This document shows positions 1 through 8,625 of a DNA stretch of 64,000 bases, one piece after another. Under the pieces are notes generated by a model, which did not search any database, was not told the origin of the DNA, and saw only the letters and a program-made list of their open reading frames with translations. The position numbers and the translations under genes were made by a program. Each line of letters begins with the position of its first letter. The stretch's first letter is position 1. Source of the DNA: Thermodesulfobacteriota bacterium (GTDB lineage: Bacteria; Desulfobacterota_D; UBA1144; Nemesobacterales; JAJCZQ01); NCBI GenBank assembly GCA_965203965.1, contig CBDBDR010000017.1:1120001-1184000 (forward strand). Reading direction: 5' to 3'.

Positions 1-750
<750 letters not shown>

Positions 751-767
751 TCAACCAGGATAAGAAT

Positions 768-1178
768 TTGTCTGAATCTATAAATCTCAAAATAATAACA
801 CCCAAGATGCTTGTAATAGACGAGCAGGTTAAACTGGTAGCGGCTCCGGGACAGCTAGGAGAATTTGGAATACTCCCCGGTCATGTTCCATTTATCTCAA
901 CTCTCTCACCGGGATATGTGAAATTTACCGCAGAAGAAAGCACAGAGGCAAAATCTATAATCATTCACGGAGGACTTGCCGAAGTGAGCGAAGACACTGT
1001 CAGAATACTCACTGACGACGCTGAATTCCCGGACTCAATTGACAATGAAACAGCAAGAAAAGAGCTTGAGTTTATTGAAAATCAGATTAAAGAGCATTCG
1101 GGAGATTCAAAGAAACTGAAGGAACTTAATCACAAACTCAAACTAGCACAAGTTAGAGCTTCAATCTCACCCAAGTAA
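768..1178 (+). CDS. atpC: ATP synthase F1 subunit epsilon
   Basis: GEFGILPGHVPF motif; follows atpD. Confidence 0.96.
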   Translation: MSESINLKIITPKMLVIDEQVKLVAAPGQLGEFGILPGHVPFISTLSPGYVKFTAEESTEAKSIIIHGGLAEVSEDTVRILTDDAEFPDSIDNETARKELEFIENQIKEHSGDSKKLKELNHKLKLAQVRASISPK

Positions 1179-1244
1179 AGCTAAAAATTTGTTTCTTAAT
1201 ATAACGGGACACGTAAAGAGGAATTCAAACGGGGAAACGATCCT

Positions 1245-1287
1245 TGTTAAACACTGTTTAAATCCTGTTTAATTGCCATTAAAGCGT
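1245..1287. repeat. Imperfect 10-11 bp tandem repeat with TTAA(A) core
   Basis: TGTTAAACAC/TGTTTAAATCC/TGTTTAATTGC/CATTAAAGCGT. Confidence 0.55.
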
Positions 1288-1399
1288 CAATAATTCCGCT
1301 AAAAGACCTCTCTAATACGAATTTCTCTGGGGTTTATACTGGAACTTATTTGCTCTTTGCAATTGACTATTTCTTTGTTCCAATCTCGCAATTTGCAAG

Positions 1400-2329
1400 C
1401 AAATTTCCGACCCAGAAACAGGAGAGATACTTGCCGAGAGATTTCCCCCGCATCGCTTAAAAACTATCTATCGCACAAACCTACTATCTGCCTATGCTGT
1501 GGGCAGGGAAGCGTCTATTGAGAAAAATAAAAAGCGCCGTCCTTTTGCCCAATTTATCGCACTTCTTGATTCCCGAACCCGTGATGATCACGCTGAGCTT
1601 CACGGCAGTATATTTCCGGTTGATGATCCTTTCTGGAACACTTTTACTCCACCGCTGGATTACAACTGCCGTTGTAACAAACGGACGTTGACCCAAAGAC
1701 AGATAACCAGCAGAGAATGGGAGGTTAGCAGTTCAAAAGGCAAGCTGGTGCGGAGTTCTTTTGATCTTGGCAAATCCGAAAACAACAGAAAAGTAAGCGT
1801 TACCGGATACCGCCTTTCCCCCACCAAAACGGTCTTTCCTCACGCCAGCTTTGGCTTTAATCCCTACAAAGCTACTTATCAGCCTGATTTAAATAAATAT
1901 AAAAACACCGTTGCTTATCAATATGTGCGGGCAACTGTTTTTGGAGAAGGTTTTAAGAGGTTGGTAAGAGGGAGAAGCAATAAAGGTTGGATGCCCGTTG
2001 CGGTTTTAAATCAGGAAATGACCAAACGACTCGGAGCGAAAAACCAAACAATACTCCTATCTGCAGACACCGTCAGGGAGCATGCAAAAAAAATAAACCT
2101 AAAAGATTATCAGTCAATTCAATCTAAAATTGACGACATTTCTGACAACAAACTTGAAAATATCAAGATCATTCCCAATCCTGACAATAGGCAATTACTC
2201 ACTTGGGAAGAGAAAGGTAAGCATCACATGATAGCTCTTAAAATACTGCCAAACGGGGAGAACTTTTTTCTCACCATGGGCAGGGTGCGGAAAGGAAACA
2301 TTAAGAAATACGAAGAGAGAAATAAATGA
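1400..2329 (+). pseudogene. 5'-truncated phage MuF/SPP1 gp7-family head morphogenesis protein with C-terminal extension resembling PBECR-type (Barnase/EndoU/ColE5/RelE-like) nucleases
   Basis: DSRTRDDH...DDPFWNTFTPPLDYNCRC MuF signature; the frame extends upstream of GTG 1499 as QISDPETGEI..HRLKTIYRTNLLSAYAVGR with no nearby ATG/GTG start; tail PVAVL..LGAKNQTILLSADTVREH..LKDYQSI. Confidence 0.75.
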
Positions 2330-2330
2330 A

Positions 2331-2447
2331 CTGTCGCCTGGTCAGCTCTGTCCGTGCCAGAAGGACTGCCGTTCCCTTCGTCGCCTTATACGGCTTCTGA
2401 AGTAGCCAGGGGTACCCCACTTTTGGATGCAGATTTTGCAGGCACAG
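2331..2447 (-). ncRNA. Candidate structured ncRNA convergent with MuF-nuclease gene
   Basis: 67/117 G+C in AT-rich context; terminal complementarity CTGTCGCCTG/CAGGCACAG; internal helices; minus-strand promoter just upstream. Confidence 0.5.
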
Positions 2448-2471
2448 ATTTTAATTTGTCTTTTGTTGTCT

Positions 2472-2501
2472 AATATAGCACCTGTGAGAAGTAGTTGTCA
2501 A
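2472..2501 (-). promoter_or_regulatory. sigma70-type promoter TTGACA-N18-TATATT with extended -10 TG
   Basis: Reverse complement reads TTGACAactacttctcacaggTGcTATATT. Confidence 0.65.
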
Positions 2502-2515
2502 ATCTTACAAAACCG

Positions 2516-2971
2516 CTAAATAAAGCCATTATTTACCATCTTTATAAATTCTGCCATATTACAAACGCGGGAGATTTGCCCGTCTTGTTGTTTTTTGATC
2601 CATTTAATAGCCCCTTGTGAGTGTCCCCCGCCGTCAATTACAATAGCTGTAGAAAAACTATAGTTTTGTTTAATGTTAAGAACTAAATACGGCAACTTTT
2701 CCTCTGTTGTTCCTTTTGACTGTTGCCATTTGCACTCTATAATCAGAAAGTTAGGGTGTTTTTCAGGGTGATAAAGTAAAAAGTCAGCTCTTGTGTCTTT
2801 GCCTTCATAAAGGCTCTTTGCTATTGGGAACTGTGCGGTGTAGGTTGGCTGTTCCAAGATACTACCCGCTTCAATTCTGTTTGCTGGAAACCATAGGTAG
2901 TTACAACCTATGATAAGTTGCTCAATTTGATTTTCAAACGCAGCACCCGTTCTATTTGCCTTGTCTCTCAT
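2516..2971 (-). CDS. PD-(D/E)xK nuclease, putative restriction endonuclease partner of adjacent MTase
   Basis: GAAFE...RADF...IIECKWQQSKGT.EEKLP motif; abuts the MTase stop codon. Confidence 0.75.
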   Translation of the reverse strand: MRDKANRTGAAFENQIEQLIIGCNYLWFPANRIEAGSILEQPTYTAQFPIAKSLYEGKDTRADFLLYHPEKHPNFLIIECKWQQSKGTTEEKLPYLVLNIKQNYSFSTAIVIDGGGHSQGAIKWIKKQQDGQISRVCNMAEFIKMVNNGFI

Positions 2972-3793
2972 TTAGTAGTTCTTAATTAAAAATTCTGATA
3001 TGTTTTGTCTGCTTTGTGCTTTACAACTCACCCTTCTGGGTGCTTCTACATTTACGATATTAAAGCTCTTGTATAAGCCTTTTATCTCATCTGTGGCAGA
3101 ATTTGAAAGCATGAAATAAACCCCATCTTTGTTCAGTGCCTTGCAAAAATCAGCTAATTCTATGTGTCGGTCTATGGAAAATCCTTTGTCAGAATAACCG
3201 CTATACGTTTTATGGTATGGAGGGTCTAAATAAACAAAGTCATTCTTGTTTGGTTTGCAACTTGTAAAGTCTTCATTTTTAATTGTTGTGGTTTGCAAGA
3301 CCTTATGACATGCCATAATTCCTATGTCATCAAGAATCAGAGGATTTGCATATTTGCCAAAAGGAACGTTAAATTTGCCTTTACTATTTTCTCTATACAG
3401 TCCGTTAAAACAGGTCTTATTCAGATAAATAAACCTTGAAGCAACCTCAACAGGTGAGGTTATAACGTCTTTGTTTCTGACTTTGTAATAGTAGGTTTTG
3501 TTATGATTTTCTTTATGATATTTTAAGCTATCAATCAGTTCTAACGGCTTCTTTTGTATGACTTTATAAGTGATTATAAGGTCTATATTTACATCGCTAA
3601 TAACCGCCTTTTGTGGTTGCAACTTCCAGAACAAAGCCCCACCACCAATAAACGGCTCATAATAGCCTTTATAAAATTCGGGCAAGTTCTGCACTAAAAC
3701 ATTTAGAATGCCCCTTTTTCCTCCCACCCACTTTACAAAGGGACTTATACCGTTTGAGCTGTGATTTGTTTCTTTGAGATCGTTAGGGTTCAC
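2972..3793 (-). CDS. Dam/D12-family N6-adenine DNA methyltransferase
   Basis: KWVGGK, YYEPFIGGGA, FNGLYRENSKGKFNVPFG and DPPY motifs. Confidence 0.93.
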   Translation of the reverse strand: MNPNDLKETNHSSNGISPFVKWVGGKRGILNVLVQNLPEFYKGYYEPFIGGGALFWKLQPQKAVISDVNIDLIITYKVIQKKPLELIDSLKYHKENHNKTYYYKVRNKDVITSPVEVASRFIYLNKTCFNGLYRENSKGKFNVPFGKYANPLILDDIGIMACHKVLQTTTIKNEDFTSCKPNKNDFVYLDPPYHKTYSGYSDKGFSIDRHIELADFCKALNKDGVYFMLSNSATDEIKGLYKSFNIVNVEAPRRVSCKAQSRQNISEFLIKNY

Positions 3794-3799
3794 TATTCA

Positions 3800-3828
3800 A
3801 AATTAAGCAACTTTAAGCTATTTGTCAA
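3800..3828 (-). promoter_or_regulatory. sigma70-type promoter for MTase (TTGACA-N17-TAATTT), probably leaderless transcript
   Basis: -10 ends 6 nt before GTG start at 3793. Confidence 0.5.
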
Positions 3829-3932
3829 TTCCCCTCTTTAAGCACAACGCATTTGTCTTAAATGGAAATATAGCAAAAAATGCAATAAATACAGTGAGTT
3901 AGCAGTTGCAAATAAGAGTAGATGTTTAAATT

Positions 3933-3978
3933 ATTCCCCTCCCGTGGAGGGGTGGCAGGCAAAGCCTGACGGGGTGGT
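3933..3978 (+). repeat. REP-like palindromic element, copy A
   Basis: ATTCCCCTCCCGTGGAGGGGTGGCAGGCAAAGCCTGACGGGGTGGT; two hairpins; similar inverted copy at 50540-50585. Confidence 0.8.
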
Positions 3979-3990
3979 TAAAAAAGGTGG

Positions 3991-4326
3991 TTAATCCCCC
4001 TTGCCTTTTTTAAGAAATCTCAAAATGCTCTCCAGCCGTCGCTCCATCGCCTCAAGTCGCAAGTTTACATCTCTTATTTCTTGTTTGATTGCGTCTTTCT
4101 CATCTTTTAAATAAACTTCCTTCTCCTCAAAAAACGCTTCCCGGCGAACATTAAACTTGCCCATGATTTTATCCATTGCGGAAGCAGGTATCATTGCCCT
4201 TCCAGCCTCCCAATTCCCCACGGTTACTCGCGAAACTTCTAAGAGGTCAGCCACGTCTTGTTGCCTTAATCCCAGCTTGACTCTCAACAACTTTAAATTG
4301 TGAAAATTTTTACTTTTTCTTGACAT
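3991..4326 (-). CDS. XRE-family HTH transcriptional regulator (phage repressor-like)
   Basis: LKLLRVKLGLRQQDVADLLEVSRVTVGNWEAG; C-terminal coiled coil. Confidence 0.88.
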   Translation of the reverse strand: MSRKSKNFHNLKLLRVKLGLRQQDVADLLEVSRVTVGNWEAGRAMIPASAMDKIMGKFNVRREAFFEEKEVYLKDEKDAIKQEIRDVNLRLEAMERRLESILRFLKKGKGD

Positions 4327-4488
4327 TGTGCAAAAAATATGAGAAGATGAAAGTTATGAGATTGGCAACAAAAAAAGACACACCGAGACGCCGATCTCAC
4401 ATTTCCAAGGAGAAACGCACACTGACCACGAGCACATATTCTTGCCACTTCATAAGTGTCCCTCTTACAATTAGGTATTAAAAAGACC

Positions 4489-7020
4489 CTAACTACACTT
4501 AGAATAAGCACAAGACCTGCAAGTCATGCAGCCGGATTCAAATGCCAATGCTCGGTCACCACATTCCGGACAAACTTCAGCTATAATATCGGTGGAGATT
4601 GACTTTCTGATGAAAAGATCAGTTTGTTTTACGTAATCTGGAGTTTTTTTTTCCTCGTTAGTATCTTTAACCACAAAGCGCTTTTTCAGCACCGTTGCTA
4701 TGGCATCAGGAATGGACATCACCAATTTTCCCTCAGAGAAAACAGGAGAAGAACCTCCTATTCCTTCCAATTGGTCTACAACATCTTTAACACTTATGCC
4801 GGATCTGAGGGCTAAGGATACCAACCTGCCGGTTGCCTCTGCATCTGCCATTGCGGTGTAACCCGACTTCCCAATCTGCACAAACACCTCAAAAGGTTTA
4901 TCTTCAAATATATTTACAGTTACGTATAGGTTTCCGTAGCCGGTTTTTATAACCTCTGTAAATCCGGTCAAATACTGGGGTCTTTCTACAGGTTTGATCT
5001 CTGGAAGAAGGGTGGGATGAGGGGATGGGGTGAGGTTGGACTGGGTGAGTGACATCCCTTCATCCCGGGATGAAATCCCTTCTGAGGTGTTGGTCAATTC
5101 TCCTTTTGCTTCCTTTATTAATTTTGCTCCTTCTTCCGTCACTAAAATACCTTCTCTGGAACCTTCCCTATAAACCGTTATTCCTTTGCACCCCATTTTC
5201 CATGCAAGGAAATATATCTTTTCAACTTCTTTCAGAGTAATATCAGCGGGAAGATTAACTGTGCTGGAAATGCACGAATCTATGTGCTTCTGAATTGCCG
5301 CCTGCATACGAACCCGCATTAGAGGGTTTATTTCATGCGAAGTAACAAAAGTGTTTGGTAGTTCTGTCTCGTCACAAATGTTAAATTCTTTTATATAATC
5401 TCTAACCAGAGGGTGATAAACTTTGAATTCCTTCTCAGAAAGAGATTCGGAGCGCCTGTAGTAGGAGAGGGCGAACATTGGCTCAACGCCACTTGTTGTT
5501 CCAGCTAGCACAGAACCGCTGCCAACAGGAGGAACTGTTAAGATACAGGCATTTCTCAACCCCTGTTTTTTAATTTTTTCAACTATATCCCCGCTCACCG
5601 AATCCAGAAATGGTCTTGACAAGTGTGTATTCAGATCAAAAGCTGGAAAACTTCCTTTTTCTTGTGCTAGATCAGAACTTGCTTCATAAACAACATTCTT
5701 AATGTGTTCAAACATTTTATCTGTAAACTTAATTGCCTCATAGCTGTCATATTTTATGTTTAATTTGGCAAGCATATCCCCAAAACCCGTAAAACCAACT
5801 CCTATTCTCCGCGAAAGAGTTGAAGCAGTGGTTTGAAACTCTATCGGATGCTTTTCCATGTTGTAGTCGAGTATATCATCAAGAAATCTTACAGAATACT
5901 GAAAAGCCCTCTCAAGATTTTCCCAGTCAATCTTTGCATTCTCTGTAAATTCATCCCTTACAAACAAAGACAGGTTAACGTTTCCAAGACAGCAACACCC
6001 ATAATCTTCAAGTGCTTGCTCGCTACACGGATTTACACCATTAACTTCCATACCTGCATATTCTGTAGGTGAATATTTTTTGACTGCATCCCAGAAAATA
6101 AGACCCGGTTCAGCAGAAGTCCATGCTGATTTAACTAACCTATTCCAAATATCCCTTGCCTTTACTTTTCTACTGACTTTAACTTTCTCGCTTTCAAATT
6201 TAAGCTCAAAATCCGTGTCTCCTTCTACGGCTTTCATAAATTCATCGGTAACCTTTACTGATATATTTGCAAACTGCACTTTGCTCCTTGCTAAATCATT
6301 TTTTATATCAAGAAACTCCATGATATCGGGATGATCCACCCTGATAGTTATCATCAAAGCACCTCGTCTACCCGCTTGTCCTATTGTGCCAGTGGTTGTG
6401 GACAATAAATCCATAAAAGAAACAGCACCTGTGGAATAAATAGCAGAGTTATTGACGGGAGCTCCTTTTGGCCTCAAGATGGAGATGTCCGTTCCCACTC
6501 CACCACCGAAGGAATAGGTTCTTGCCGCTTCCTTGCACCAATCAAAAATACCTTCAATTGAATCTTCTTTAATTGGCATATAATAACAGTTAAGAAGTGT
6601 TGACCGCCTTTTCTGTCCAGCACCAAAAAGAATTCTTCCGCCCGGTATAAATTTGAAATCAGATAGGAGCCAGAAAAATTTCTTCTCCCACTCTTCTTTA
6701 AGCCGACTAGTCTTCTCCGGCGATGATATTTCTCTTGCAATCCTGCTCCAAAGCTCTTCTGGGGTTTTCTCAATAATCTTTCCGGATAAATCTCTGAGGG
6801 CATATTTTTCGTAAAACACACGTGCTCTTAATTCATCCCCATCAAAAGCGTCTACAGTCTCTTGAGGTATATCCATAACACTGTCTGAAAAACCAACTGA
6901 TCCTTCCTGATGCTCTGTATCATTTTCAAGAATCTCCCCAACCTGCTTCTTGAAATCTTCTTGGTCAATCACATCTAAGTCTCTACCATTACTCTGGTTA
7001 GGTTGAATTTTTTCCGACAT
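4489..7020 (-). CDS. nrdJ: Adenosylcobalamin-dependent (class II) ribonucleotide reductase with C-terminal TSCPD-like domain and Zn ribbon
   Basis: LLNCY, GGGVG, RRGA, NPCSEQ, CCLG motifs; terminal CPEC...CMTCRSCAYSKC; NrdR boxes upstream. Confidence 0.92.
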   Translation of the reverse strand: MSEKIQPNQSNGRDLDVIDQEDFKKQVGEILENDTEHQEGSVGFSDSVMDIPQETVDAFDGDELRARVFYEKYALRDLSGKIIEKTPEELWSRIAREISSPEKTSRLKEEWEKKFFWLLSDFKFIPGGRILFGAGQKRRSTLLNCYYMPIKEDSIEGIFDWCKEAARTYSFGGGVGTDISILRPKGAPVNNSAIYSTGAVSFMDLLSTTTGTIGQAGRRGALMITIRVDHPDIMEFLDIKNDLARSKVQFANISVKVTDEFMKAVEGDTDFELKFESEKVKVSRKVKARDIWNRLVKSAWTSAEPGLIFWDAVKKYSPTEYAGMEVNGVNPCSEQALEDYGCCCLGNVNLSLFVRDEFTENAKIDWENLERAFQYSVRFLDDILDYNMEKHPIEFQTTASTLSRRIGVGFTGFGDMLAKLNIKYDSYEAIKFTDKMFEHIKNVVYEASSDLAQEKGSFPAFDLNTHLSRPFLDSVSGDIVEKIKKQGLRNACILTVPPVGSGSVLAGTTSGVEPMFALSYYRRSESLSEKEFKVYHPLVRDYIKEFNICDETELPNTFVTSHEINPLMRVRMQAAIQKHIDSCISSTVNLPADITLKEVEKIYFLAWKMGCKGITVYREGSREGILVTEEGAKLIKEAKGELTNTSEGISSRDEGMSLTQSNLTPSPHPTLLPEIKPVERPQYLTGFTEVIKTGYGNLYVTVNIFEDKPFEVFVQIGKSGYTAMADAEATGRLVSLALRSGISVKDVVDQLEGIGGSSPVFSEGKLVMSIPDAIATVLKKRFVVKDTNEEKKTPDYVKQTDLFIRKSISTDIIAEVCPECGDRALAFESGCMTCRSCAYSKCS

Positions 7021-7040
7021 ACTGTAAAAACTCCTTTGGT

Positions 7041-7088
7041 ATCAAAGATATTGTGTTTAAGTGGGGATTGAACCACAATATATAGTAT
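7041..7088. promoter_or_regulatory. Tandem NrdR boxes
   Basis: 7073-7088 CCACAATATATAGTAT and 7041-7056 (rc ACACAATATCTTTGAT) resemble acaCwAtATaTwGtgt; 32 bp apart; upstream of the RNR gene. Confidence 0.75.
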
Positions 7089-7185
7089 ATGTCAACTATT
7101 TTTTAATTTAATGCAAAATTAGCTCCACAACAAGATATTATTGATCTTCAGAAATTTCCCTTATTTTTGGTAAAATAGGTAAAAT

Positions 7186-7608
7186 ATGCGTATTTTAGCG
7201 CTTGACATAGGAACGAAGACTATAGGTGTGGCAGTAAGCGATCAACTTAATATATCTTCAAACGGTGTGAAAGGAATAAACAGAAAAAATATCAGCAATG
7301 ATCTGGACGAACTTAAAAAGATAATGGATCAATACAAACCTGTTGAAATAGTTGTAGGACTTCCCTACAGAGAAGATGGCTCGCTTGGCAAAAGAGGAAT
7401 GGACATTAAGAGATTTTCAAAAACAATTGAAAACTGTTTTCAAATTCCCGTCAAATATTTTGATGAAAGCTATTCAACGGTTTTTGCAGAAGAGGCCTTA
7501 ATAAAAGGAGGTGTTAGTAGAAAAGCAAGGAAAAAATTAGTTGATAAAATGGCGGCAGTGATCATTTTACAGGAATATCTTGAGGAGTCAAAGACCAAAA
7601 CATCATAA
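7186..7608 (+). CDS. ruvX: RuvX/YqgF-family nuclease
   Basis: MRILALDIGTKTIGVAVSD, VVGLP, DESYST, VDKMAAVIILQ. Confidence 0.95.
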   Translation: MRILALDIGTKTIGVAVSDQLNISSNGVKGINRKNISNDLDELKKIMDQYKPVEIVVGLPYREDGSLGKRGMDIKRFSKTIENCFQIPVKYFDESYSTVFAEEALIKGGVSRKARKKLVDKMAAVIILQEYLEESKTKTS

Positions 7609-7655
7609 CAATTCTCTCCGCGTGGTCTAAGCAGGAATGAACACCTGAAAAAATT

Positions 7656-8441
7656 ATGCCATTTGCACAATCAAACGGAATAACGATCCATTATGAAACC
7701 TATGGCGAAGGAGAACCGGTAGTTTTTATATCCGGACTGGGAAGCTCATTTGAAAGTTGGGAAACCCAGATACCTATCTATTCAGAAAGGTTCAAAGTCA
7801 TCGTCTTTGACAACAGGGGTGTTGGAATGTCGGAAATAACCGAGCCTGGATTTAAAATTGAAGACATGGCAGATGATTTGGTCGGATTGCTTGATTATAT
7901 GAAAATTGACTCCGCAAACTTCATTGGTAAATCCATGGGCGGAATGATAGTCCAGAGGATTGGAATTAAATATCCGCAAAGATCCAATAAGCTCGTAATG
8001 GGTTGTAGTTCTGCTTCACGTGATGAAGTGGGAAACCTTCTTCTGGATAATTCAAAAGAAATTGCAACAAATGCCGGAATGAAAGCGGTTTGGATAACAG
8101 CACTATTCGGTGGATACACAAGAGAATATATTGAAAAAAACATTGAAGGCATTAAAGAATCCCTGACGCACACGTCCGAAGATAAAAAAGCACTTAAAGG
8201 ATATTTGGGGCAACTCATGGCATGCAAGGAGCATCATAGCCTGGAGGAAATTAACAGGATAAAATCTGATACTTTGGTCATGTACGGCGAAAAAGATATG
8301 ATTACCTCCCCAAAAAGATCAGTGGAAATTGCCGATAGAATACCAAATTGCAGGCTTGAGTGCTTTAAGGATGTGGGGCATGGATTTTGGAGGGAAAAAC
8401 AGGAAGAAGTGGATAAGTTGGTAATGGAATTTTTGGACTGA
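7656..8441 (+). CDS. Alpha/beta hydrolase
   Basis: DNRGVG, GKSMGG nucleophile elbow, C-terminal Asp and GH. Confidence 0.9.
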   Translation: MPFAQSNGITIHYETYGEGEPVVFISGLGSSFESWETQIPIYSERFKVIVFDNRGVGMSEITEPGFKIEDMADDLVGLLDYMKIDSANFIGKSMGGMIVQRIGIKYPQRSNKLVMGCSSASRDEVGNLLLDNSKEIATNAGMKAVWITALFGGYTREYIEKNIEGIKESLTHTSEDKKALKGYLGQLMACKEHHSLEEINRIKSDTLVMYGEKDMITSPKRSVEIADRIPNCRLECFKDVGHGFWREKQEEVDKLVMEFLD

Positions 8442-8625
8442 CTCAAATTTTTCTTCTTGACAATTGATTACCTCATAAGCCAGTATCCGATCTTGATCGA
8501 AAATTATTTTGCGCACTGAAGTGTATGAGTTCCAAACCCTTGCATTAAGGTTACACTAACAAACCATCTGTAATTGTATTTTTTTACAAACCTTATTAAT
8601 ACAAGCTCTGACATAATTTAACTCT

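Larger units (their letters stand above)
1200..4481. mobile_element. Decayed prophage remnant (Mu-like), boundaries approximate
   Basis: Truncated MuF head morphogenesis gene, MTase-nuclease pair and XRE repressor inserted between atpC and nrdJ; no integrase or other structural genes. Confidence 0.7.

Noticed and set aside
2331..2447. tRNA, hammerhead ribozyme, group II intron domain V or simple terminator
   Set aside because: No T-loop/CCA cloverleaf, no CUGAUGA/GAAA core, only a superficial AGCCGTAT match to domain V, and too long and branched for a plain terminator
4489..7020. Intein in the RNR (and in dnaE)
   Set aside because: Lengths are normal and no intein terminal motifs or LAGLIDADG blocks are visible
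8442..8600. Possible frameshifted gene remnant on minus strand (..NARVWNSYTSVRKIIFDQDRILAYE..)
   Set aside because: Only a vague resemblance to small lipoproteins; cannot be supported without a search
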